The translations under genes and the position numbers were made by a program. A stretch of DNA of 56,532 nucleotides from Verrucomicrobiota bacterium (GTDB taxonomy: Bacteria; Verrucomicrobiota; Verrucomicrobiia; Limisphaerales; CANJSG01). The notes under the pieces are model-generated. The model saw only the letters and a program-made list of their open reading frames with translations, searched no databases and was not told the DNA's origin. The DNA is taken from assembly GCA_038209745.1 (NCBI GenBank), contig JBBQXJ010000023.1, forward strand, positions 1-56,532, written 5' to 3'. Numbering within the stretch: the stretch's first letter is position 1; the number at the start of each line of letters is the position of its first letter. Shown here piece by piece: positions 18,455 through 26,352 of this stretch.

Positions 18455-21400
18455 ATGAAACATACACGTTACCTCGGACTCGCCGCGCTTTGCGGCCTGG
18501 TCGTCGGTGCCTCGGCCCTTCAGGCCCAGGTCGTCGGCCAGTGGGACTTCGACACCGGCAACCTCAACGCGACGGCCGGCAACGCGCTGACGTATCGCGA
18601 CGGCGATACCCAGATCGGCACAAAGTTCGGTTCCACGACAACCCTGGGCCTGCCCTCCATCAATGGAGCCGTCGCCAAGGTCATGGGCGTCCCCACTGAC
18701 GTCACCGGAGTCGGTGGCTACACCTTCGATGTGCCCTCCACGCCCAATGGCGGCAGTGCTTCGACGGTGAACGACTACACCCTGATTCTCGATGTCCTCT
18801 ACCCGGCCACGTCCCAGGGCAAGGTCCGGGCCATCTTGAACTCCAACTTTGCGATCGATCCCAATGCGGATCTCTTCATCGGCGCCAACAACGGAATCGG
18901 AGCCAACACCTTCAGCGGCTTGTTGCTCGACAACACCTGGCACCGCATCGCGTTCGTGGTCGGAAACGGCTCGATCGAGAAATACATCGACGGCGCGTTC
19001 GTGGGTGAAGAAACCGGGGTTCAGATTGACGGCCGCTGGGCTTTGATCGCGGGCGGGACCGCCGATCTGTTCAGCGACGACAATGGTCAAAGCCAGCCTG
19101 GATTCGTCAACAGCATCCAGCTTCGGACCGAAGCGCTGAATCCGGGGCAGGTGCTGGCCTTGGGCGGCCCTTCCGCCGCCGGCGTTCCGCAGACCATCCC
19201 GCCCGTTCCCGCCTACTTTTCGACGCGAAGCCCGAACGTGAACGCGACCGGCGTGGGTCCCTTGCCCGCCATCTCGGCCACGCTCAAGTCAGGTGATAGC
19301 ACCATCGTCGGTGGCTCGGTCGGCCTGCGCTTCGACGGCGCATCCGTGCCGGCCATGGTCACGATCGGCATCGTGGACGGCTACTTTATCAACTACCAGA
19401 TCACGAACCTCCTGGCCCCGTCCTCGACCCACTTGGTGTCGGTGGTGTGGACCGATGCGGCGACCGGACCGAAGACCAACAGCTGGTCGTTCACCGTGGG
19501 TTCCTACCAGTCGGTCACGCTGCCCGCCCCGCTCTATTTCGAGAACTTTGACAGCTACGCCGAAGCCAGCCTTCCCACTGGCTGGACCCTGACCAACAAC
19601 ACCGTTTCGCTGACCCCGGGCCTCGACCTTGGAGATCCAAACTCCGATTCCTTCCTCGACTGGTCCTTGATCTCCAGCAACACGCTTCGAACCACCTTTG
19701 GAGACCGCCGGTTTAACCATAATCCAATCGTGCTGAACGGCTCTCTCTTGGACGAGCTGGTCCATGGCAACGTCATGTATGCGGAATCCGACAATCGCGG
19801 CCAGAGCCAGGTGCAGGCGATGTTCTCGAAGGACTACGATGTGACGGGCAAGAGCAACATCTTCGTGGCCTTCTTTAGCTCCTACGAGCAGAACCAGGAC
19901 AACATGGACTGCCTGGAGTATTCCATCGACGGCGGTGCCAACTGGCTTCCCGCCATCTACTTCATCGACGACCAGGACATGGCTGCCGACGTGGTTCGAA
20001 CGAACGGGGTGATCGATGTGGCCGCCACCTTCGGGACCGCTCGCGGCGACCAGGCCTACGGCACGAACTACGGAGCCTACGTCGCGGCCCCGATCTCCTC
20101 GATCAAGCCCGAGAACATCTCCGGCCGGATCAACGACGATTCGTATGAGTCCAAGCGCATCGAGGTCATCCGTCTCCCCAAGGCCGACGGTCAATCGAAG
20201 GTCCGCTTCCGCTTCATGCAGGCCGGCACCGGCAGTTGGTATTGGGTGGTCGACGACTTCGGCCTCTACAGCATCAACACCCCGGTCATCTCCACGCAGC
20301 CGATGACCCAGACGATCGATGCCGACAAACCGGTGACCTTCACCGTCGCCGCCACGATCAACCCGCCCTACACCTACCAGTGGCAGTTCAACAATGCGGA
20401 CATCAGCGGAGCGACCAACCAGTCCTTTTCGATCGCGTCGGTCCAGCCGATCAACGGCGGCGCCTACAACGTGCTCGTGAAGAACTCGGACGGCACGACC
20501 AAGAGCGCCGCCGCCTCCCTGATCGTGGTGGACGCCCCGATCATCACGGCCCAGCCGCAGAACCTCGTGACCAGCGCGGGCAATCCGTTGTCCCTGCCCG
20601 TGTCGGCCCGTGGCCGCGCACCGCTCTCCTACAACTGGCTCAAGTCGGGAACTTCCGTGCAGAGCGGATCCACCGCTGCCTTGACCCTCGCTTCGCCTGC
20701 TGCCGCCAACTCTGGCAGCTATCAGGTGGTCGTTTCCAACGCCTCTGGCAGCGTGACCAGTTCGGTCGTTTCGCTGGAGATTTTCGCCGGCACGATTTCG
20801 GACGGCCTCGTGAGCCACATCAAGTTCGACGGCAGCGCTTCCGCCGCCTACAACGACGCTTCGGGCCGTGGCAACAACGCCACGGCGGTCGGCGCCCCCG
20901 TCATCGTCGCGGGCAAGATCGGTTCCGGGGCCATGCAGTTCACCACGGCCCAGGACGGATCTTCGTTCAACTACGCGACCCTCGGCACGCCGGAGGATCT
21001 TCTCTTCGGTTCCACCAACGACTTCACCGTCTCCATGTGGCTGAAGGTTGCTCCCAACAGCTTCAAGGGCGACCCCGCGTTCTTCGGATCGAAGAACTGG
21101 GGTTCGGGCGGCAACCAGGGCCTCGTGTTCTTCTGCACCGGTCCCCTTCGCTGGAACTACCGGGAAGGCACGACCGGAACCCGGGTGGACTACAATCCGG
21201 GAGGCAACTACGCCGACGGCATCTGGCACCACCTCCTCGTTTCGTTTGATCGTGGCGTCGGAGCCAAGACCTACATCGACGGCCAACTCCTGGCCACGAC
21301 GGCCATTGGCACGGATGTCATCTCGATCGATCCGCCCTCCGGGCTCATGTGGAACCTCGGCCAGGACGGCACCGGCTCCTATACCGATGGTGGCGGGGTC

Positions 21401-21721
21401 GGCATCACCAACGCGGTGATGGACGACGTCGGCATCTGGCGCCGCGTGGTCACCCCGCAGGAGGTCGCTTCGATCTATGCGCAGGGCCAGGCCGGCATGG
21501 ACCTCACGACGGCCACTACGGTCACCATCGGCTCGATCACCATCGTTCCGGCCGGAACGAGCGTGACTCTGAACTGGACCGCCGCCGCCGGCGTCAAGCT
21601 GCAGAGCTCCACCAGCCTGACCGCTCCCGTGGTCTGGGCGGACGTCGCCGGCACCACCGGGGTCGGCACCATCACGCAGCCTGCCTCCGGCACGGCCACG
21701 TTCTATCGCCTGACGAAGTAG
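18455..21721 (+). CDS. Large secreted LamG/concanavalin + Ig-domain protein
   Basis: Signal peptide; LamG motifs WHRIAFV..YIDG and WHHLLVSF..YIDG..DDVGIW; two Ig units (YTYQWQFN, LSYNWLK); C-terminal FYRL domain. Confidence 0.88.
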   Translation: MKHTRYLGLAALCGLVVGASALQAQVVGQWDFDTGNLNATAGNALTYRDGDTQIGTKFGSTTTLGLPSINGAVAKVMGVPTDVTGVGGYTFDVPSTPNGGSASTVNDYTLILDVLYPATSQGKVRAILNSNFAIDPNADLFIGANNGIGANTFSGLLLDNTWHRIAFVVGNGSIEKYIDGAFVGEETGVQIDGRWALIAGGTADLFSDDNGQSQPGFVNSIQLRTEALNPGQVLALGGPSAAGVPQTIPPVPAYFSTRSPNVNATGVGPLPAISATLKSGDSTIVGGSVGLRFDGASVPAMVTIGIVDGYFINYQITNLLAPSSTHLVSVVWTDAATGPKTNSWSFTVGSYQSVTLPAPLYFENFDSYAEASLPTGWTLTNNTVSLTPGLDLGDPNSDSFLDWSLISSNTLRTTFGDRRFNHNPIVLNGSLLDELVHGNVMYAESDNRGQSQVQAMFSKDYDVTGKSNIFVAFFSSYEQNQDNMDCLEYSIDGGANWLPAIYFIDDQDMAADVVRTNGVIDVAATFGTARGDQAYGTNYGAYVAAPISSIKPENISGRINDDSYESKRIEVIRLPKADGQSKVRFRFMQAGTGSWYWVVDDFGLYSINTPVISTQPMTQTIDADKPVTFTVAATINPPYTYQWQFNNADISGATNQSFSIASVQPINGGAYNVLVKNSDGTTKSAAASLIVVDAPIITAQPQNLVTSAGNPLSLPVSARGRAPLSYNWLKSGTSVQSGSTAALTLASPAAANSGSYQVVVSNASGSVTSSVVSLEIFAGTISDGLVSHIKFDGSASAAYNDASGRGNNATAVGAPVIVAGKIGSGAMQFTTAQDGSSFNYATLGTPEDLLFGSTNDFTVSMWLKVAPNSFKGDPAFFGSKNWGSGGNQGLVFFCTGPLRWNYREGTTGTRVDYNPGGNYADGIWHHLLVSFDRGVGAKTYIDGQLLATTAIGTDVISIDPPSGLMWNLGQDGTGSYTDGGGVGITNAVMDDVGIWRRVVTPQEVASIYAQGQAGMDLTTATTVTIGSITIVPAGTSVTLNWTAAAGVKLQSSTSLTAPVVWADVAGTTGVGTITQPASGTATFYRLTK

Positions 21722-21764
21722 CCCTTCGTCGGGACCGCTTTCGCTTCTGAGTGGAAGTGATTCA

Positions 21765-21813
21765 CCGGCGGGTCGGTGTGTGTGAATCCGTGTGTCACAC
21801 GCCGGCCCGCCGG
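21765..21813 (+). other. Intercistronic 18-bp stem-loop (loop TGAATCCGTGTGT)
   Basis: CCGGCGGGTCGGTGTGTG / CACACGCCGGCCCGCCGG with two G-U pairs; no U tail. Confidence 0.6.
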
Positions 21814-21842
21814 ACATATTAAAGCCACCCGCGTCCCGCCCC

Positions 21843-22763
21843 ATGAACCACGTCGTCCGCACCCTGATCATCGCCCTGGCCCTGTCCGCCACGTGTCTGC
21901 CTTCGCGGCTGGGAGCGCACGTTCCCGGGGTGAAGCATGTCATCGTCCTGGGGTGCGACGGCATGGGCAGCGTGGCCTTCCGCGGAACCAACGCCCCGAA
22001 TCTCGCGGCGCTGATGAAACGGGGTTCGTGGACCTTGAAGGCCCGGGGCGTCATGCCCACGTCGAGCAGTCCGAACTGGGCCTCGATGATCATGGGTGCC
22101 GGCCCCGAACAGCATGCGGTGACCTCCAACGAGTGGGAAACCAACCGCATGGAGTTCACCGCCTCGGTGGCCGGGCCATCGGGGCATTTCCCCACGATCT
22201 TCCGGCTCCTCCGCGAACAGCGCCCCGCGTTCAAGCAGGCCGCCATCTATGACTGGAGCGGCTTCGGGCGCCTGATCGAACCGGGCATCCCCGACGATTC
22301 CGAACACGTCAAAGGCTCCATCCTCACCGCCGAACGGGCCATCGCCTATTGGAAGGCGGAGAAGCCCTCCTTTCTGTTCGTGCACTTCGACGACGTGGAC
22401 CATGCCGGCCACGGCTTTGGTTGGGAATCGCCGCAATACTTCCAGATGGTGGACCTGGTGGACGGCCTCATCGGCGGCGTGGTCAAGGCCGTCCGCGACA
22501 GCGGCGAGGAAGACAGCACCGTGGTCATCATGACAGCCGACCATGGCGGCGTCGGGACCAGGCATGGTGGAAACACCATGGCGGAACTGCTCATTCCGTG
22601 GATCATCGCCGGGCCGGGCGTGGCGCAGGGCCACGAACTGGCGTCACCCGTCAACACCTGGGACACCGCCGCGACCATCGCCCATCTCTTCGGCGTCAAA
22701 CCGCCCGAAGCCTGGATCGGGCGTCCGGTGCGCGAGGCGTTCCGTTCCGAGAGCAGTCAATGA
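21843..22763 (+). CDS. Secreted alkaline phosphatase-superfamily (NPP/phosphodiesterase-type) enzyme
   Basis: LGCDGMG, PTSSSPNWAS, DDVDHAGHGFGW, TADHGG; signal peptide. Confidence 0.85.
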   Translation: MNHVVRTLIIALALSATCLPSRLGAHVPGVKHVIVLGCDGMGSVAFRGTNAPNLAALMKRGSWTLKARGVMPTSSSPNWASMIMGAGPEQHAVTSNEWETNRMEFTASVAGPSGHFPTIFRLLREQRPAFKQAAIYDWSGFGRLIEPGIPDDSEHVKGSILTAERAIAYWKAEKPSFLFVHFDDVDHAGHGFGWESPQYFQMVDLVDGLIGGVVKAVRDSGEEDSTVVIMTADHGGVGTRHGGNTMAELLIPWIIAGPGVAQGHELASPVNTWDTAATIAHLFGVKPPEAWIGRPVREAFRSESSQ

Positions 22764-23644
22764 TGAAGATTTCGCGGAGTCGATTTAGCAGCCTGGTTCC
22801 GGCCCTTTTGGGTGCGCTTCTTGTTTCGGCATCGGCCGCGGCGCCGCCGCCGCTGCCGCGGACCCACTCCCACAACGACTACGAACACGCCCGCCCTTTG
22901 TTCGACGCGTTGGACCAGGGCTTCTGCAGCGTGGAGGCCGACATCTATCTGGTGGATGGCAAGCTCCTCGTGGCGCATGACCGGGACAAGGTCCGGCCGG
23001 AACGGACCCTGGAGGCGCTCTACTTGGATCCGCTGCTGGCCCGCTGCAAAGCGAACGGCGGCCACGTCTATCCCGAGCTGGGCCGGGATCCGAAGCTGCG
23101 GCGTCCCTTGGCCGCCACCGCGCCGGACGTCGAATTCACCCTGCTCATCGACATCAAGACCGACGGTGCGGCGATCTATCCGGTGCTGCGCGAAACCTTG
23201 CAGCGCTACGCCGCGATGTTGACCCGCTACACGCCGACCGACACGCGGTGCGGCGCCGTCACCGTGATTCTCAGCGGCGACCGGCCCACGGCTCTGGTGG
23301 CGGCGGAGCCCGAACGGCTCTGCTCCATCGACGGCAGGTTGTCCGATCTCGAGGACGGCAAGGCGTCGGTTCATCTCATGCCGCTGGTCAGCGAAAGCTG
23401 GCAGACCGTGCTGGAGCGACAAAAGGAGGCGGTCGCGAAGGCGAAGGCGAAGGGGACGTTCAACCCGGCCGACTTCATGCCGCGTCGCGAAATCAATCTC
23501 GCCCACGAGCAGGGCAGACGGGTGCGCTTCTGGGCCGTGCCGGCGAACCCGGCGATGTGGCGGGCCTTGAAAGACGGCGGCGTGGACCTGATCAACGCCG
23601 ATGATCTCGCCGGCTTGGCCCGTTTTCTGAAGGGAAAACCGTGA
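22760..23644 (+). CDS. Secreted PI-PLC/GDPD-like phosphodiesterase
   Basis: HSHNDYEH, SVEADI, VAHD, LLIDIK, RFWA.P, GVDLINADDL; ATGA overlap with the upstream gene. Confidence 0.82.
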   Translation: MMKISRSRFSSLVPALLGALLVSASAAAPPPLPRTHSHNDYEHARPLFDALDQGFCSVEADIYLVDGKLLVAHDRDKVRPERTLEALYLDPLLARCKANGGHVYPELGRDPKLRRPLAATAPDVEFTLLIDIKTDGAAIYPVLRETLQRYAAMLTRYTPTDTRCGAVTVILSGDRPTALVAAEPERLCSIDGRLSDLEDGKASVHLMPLVSESWQTVLERQKEAVAKAKAKGTFNPADFMPRREINLAHEQGRRVRFWAVPANPAMWRALKDGGVDLINADDLAGLARFLKGKP

Positions 23645-25032
23645 GCGATCCCAGGGCTGAATCGAACCTCGATTCTCTCCGCTCCGAGGGAGACATAAAC
23701 CTCTCGGCGCAGCGCCGGGAATGGAGCGCGGAGATGCTGGGCGACGGGACCCGGGCTCTGCTGAAGGCGGATGCGGACGTCTTCCTCCACCAGTCGTTGT
23801 CCACACCCTGTCTGAACGCGCTCCAGAGCGCGGAGGGTTCCTGGATCGAGGACGTCGAAGGGCGGCGGTATCTCGACTTCCACGGGAACAACGTCCACCA
23901 GGTCGGCTTCGGGCATCCTCGCGTCCTCGCGGCGGTAAAGGAGCAGCTCGACCGCATGTCCTTCTGCACCCGGCGCTACACCTGTGAGCCGGCCGTGGAG
24001 CTGGCGCAGCGGTTGGTGGAGATCGCTCCTCCGGGATTGACCCGCGTGCTCTTCGCTCCCGGCGGCACTTCGGCCATCGGCATGGCGCTGAAGCTCGCCC
24101 GCGTGGCCACGGGGCGGTTCAAGTTCGTCTCGCTCTGGGACTCTTTCCACGGCGCTTCGCTCGACGCCATCTCGGTCGGCGGCGAAGCGGCCTTCCGCAA
24201 GGGCATCGGCCCCCTGCTGCCGGGCTGCGAACATGCCCCGCCTCCCGAGCCGCACGGCTGTCCGTTCCGTTGCGGCGCCACCTGCAATCTCTCCTGCGCC
24301 GACTACATCGACTACGTGCTGGCGAAGGAGGGCGACGTCGCCGCCGTCATCGCCGAGACCGTGCGCTGCACGCCGTTCATCCCGCCGGCCGACTACTGGA
24401 AACGCGTCCGCGCGGCGTGCGACCGGCACGGTGCGCTGCTGATCCTCGACGAGATTCCCATCGGCCTCGGCCGCACCGGTCGGATGTTCGCCTGCGAACA
24501 CTACGACGTCGTGCCCGACATGCTGGTGCTGGGGAAGGGGCTGGGCGGCGGCGTGTTTCCCCTGGCCGCGCTGCTGGCCAAGGAGTCGCTGAACGTCGCT
24601 TCCCACACCGCGCTCGGCCACTACACCCACGAGAAGAACCCTGTCGCCTGCGCCGCCGGTCTCGCCACGCTGGACATCATCGCCTCGGAGAATCTCGTGG
24701 GCCGCACGGCCGAGCTGGGCGAGCTGGCCCTTGATCGGATGGACTTGATGGCGCGGCGACATCCGTTGATCGCGGAGGTGCGCGGACTCGGTCTCCTCCT
24801 CGGCATCGTCCTGCGCAGGCCCGACGGAGCGCCCGCGATCGACGAGGCCGAACGCGTGATGTATGGCTGCCTGCGCCGGGGGCTGAACTTCAAGGTGACG
24901 ATGGGCTACATCCTGACGCTGACGCCCGCGTTGACCGTTTCGGAGAGCGAGCTGGACCTCGCCCTCAAGATTCTCGACGACGCCCTCTCCGAAGTGGAAG
25001 AAGCGTCCGCCGCCGACGCCGCCCTTGCCTGA
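23641..25032 (+). CDS. pbfA: (R)-1-hydroxy-2-aminoethylphosphonate ammonia-lyase (class III PLP enzyme)
   Basis: EGDINLS..R, FLHQSLSTPCL, DFHGNNVHQVG, WDSFHGASLDAISVGGE, DEIP, GKGLGGG, GHYTHEK; next to phnA and phnY. Confidence 0.85.
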   Translation: MSDPRAESNLDSLRSEGDINLSAQRREWSAEMLGDGTRALLKADADVFLHQSLSTPCLNALQSAEGSWIEDVEGRRYLDFHGNNVHQVGFGHPRVLAAVKEQLDRMSFCTRRYTCEPAVELAQRLVEIAPPGLTRVLFAPGGTSAIGMALKLARVATGRFKFVSLWDSFHGASLDAISVGGEAAFRKGIGPLLPGCEHAPPPEPHGCPFRCGATCNLSCADYIDYVLAKEGDVAAVIAETVRCTPFIPPADYWKRVRAACDRHGALLILDEIPIGLGRTGRMFACEHYDVVPDMLVLGKGLGGGVFPLAALLAKESLNVASHTALGHYTHEKNPVACAAGLATLDIIASENLVGRTAELGELALDRMDLMARRHPLIAEVRGLGLLLGIVLRRPDGAPAIDEAERVMYGCLRRGLNFKVTMGYILTLTPALTVSESELDLALKILDDALSEVEEASAADAALA

Positions 25033-25041
25033 ACCAATTCC

Positions 25042-26352
25042 ATGACCGCCTGTTCCACCACGCCCTTCTCGGCCAATGGCCGCCACTACCATCCCCCGGC
25101 CCGGCCCGTTGTCGTCGTGTGTCTCGACGGCAGCGCGGATGAATACCTCGATGCCGCCATGGCGCGGGGACTGATGCCGCACCTCCAGTCGATGTCCGTC
25201 AACGGCTGGCGTGGATTTGCCCGTGCGGCGATGCCCACGTTTACCAATGTCAACAACACCTCCATCGTCACCGGCGTGCCGCCCGCCGTGCACGGCATCA
25301 GCGGCAATTACTTCCTCGATCCCTTGACCGGCCAGGAAGTGATGATGAACTCCGCCTCGTTCCTGCGGGCGCCGACGCTCTTTCCCGCCGCGGCGAAGGC
25401 GGGCCGGAAGGTCGCCGTGGTCACCGCCAAGGAGAAGCTGCGCGACATCTTCGCCTCGGGCCTCGTAGGCCGGGCTTCCAGCCCGGCAAGTCCGTCCGAC
25501 GCGGAAGGGGCAGGCAGGATGCCGGCCCTGCCCGGCGGCATCGCCTTCTCCTCCGAAAAGGCGAGGGACGCCCGGCTGGAGACCCACGGCATCGAGGGCG
25601 TCGAGGCGCTCGTCGGCCCGACGCCCCAGATCTATTCCGGCGACGCCTCGATCTATGTGTTGAAGTCCGGAGTCCGGATTCTCGAAGCGGGCCGGGCCGA
25701 CTTCCTCTACTTGAGCACGACCGACTACATCCAGCACGGCTACGCGCCGGACGAGGCCGGAGCGCTGGAGTTCTACGCCGGAATCGACCAACAGATCGGC
25801 CGCTTGCTCGAACTTGGAGCGGTCATCGGAGTCACGGCCGATCACGGCATGAACGCGAAGCAGACGGCGGACGGAGCGCCGAACGTCGTCTATCTGGAGT
25901 CGGAACTGGTCCAGGCGTTCGAGGCCGAGTTCCGCGTCATCCTGCCGATCACGGATCCGTATGTGGCCCACCACGGCGCGCTCGGCTCGTTTGCATGGGT
26001 GCATCTGCCGGAAGGGATGGATTCGTTCAAGATCGCCCGCTGGCTCTGCGAACGCGCCGGCATCACCGAGGTGCTCGGCCGCGCCGCCGCCGCCCGCAAG
26101 CTGCAGCTGCCGGCCGATCGCATCGGCGATCTGGCCGTGTTGGCGGGGCGCGACACCGTTCTGGGCCGCACGCCGGAACACCACGACTTGTCGGCGCTGC
26201 ACGGCGGGCTGCGGTCCCACGGCGGGCGCTACGAGGAGATGGTGCCGTTCCTCCTCAGCCAACCGTTGAAGCCCGCTTTCAGGGCCCGCGCGATGGCCGA
26301 CGTCCGCAACTTCGACATCTTCGACTTCATCTGCAACGGAATCGCCCTGTGA
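25042..26352 (+). CDS. phnA: Phosphonoacetate hydrolase (carries an in-frame REP insertion)
   Basis: VVVCLDG, MPTFTNVNNTSIVTG, HGISGNYF, YLSTTDYIQH, TADHGMNAK, PITDPYVAHHGALGS, LRSHGG, RNFDIF. Confidence 0.93.
   Translation: MTACSTTPFSANGRHYHPPARPVVVVCLDGSADEYLDAAMARGLMPHLQSMSVNGWRGFARAAMPTFTNVNNTSIVTGVPPAVHGISGNYFLDPLTGQEVMMNSASFLRAPTLFPAAAKAGRKVAVVTAKEKLRDIFASGLVGRASSPASPSDAEGAGRMPALPGGIAFSSEKARDARLETHGIEGVEALVGPTPQIYSGDASIYVLKSGVRILEAGRADFLYLSTTDYIQHGYAPDEAGALEFYAGIDQQIGRLLELGAVIGVTADHGMNAKQTADGAPNVVYLESELVQAFEAEFRVILPITDPYVAHHGALGSFAWVHLPEGMDSFKIARWLCERAGITEVLGRAAAARKLQLPADRIGDLAVLAGRDTVLGRTPEHHDLSALHGGLRSHGGRYEEMVPFLLSQPLKPAFRARAMADVRNFDIFDFICNGIAL
25465..25531. repeat. REP doublet in frame within phnA
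   Basis: GTAGGCCGGGCTTCCAGCCCGGC (25465-25487) plus inverted degenerate copy GCAGGCAGGATGCCGGCCCTGC (25510-25531); encodes VGRASSPA...AGRMPAL. Confidence 0.8.

Noticed and set aside
22349..22759. N-terminal extension of the phosphodiesterase ORF
   Set aside because: Overlaps the upstream gene; the ATG at 22760 gives a signal peptide.
25995..26348. N-terminal 118 aa of the 1036-aa ORF
   Set aside because: Overlaps phnA in another frame; the GTG at 26349 gives a signal peptide and a GTGA coupling.
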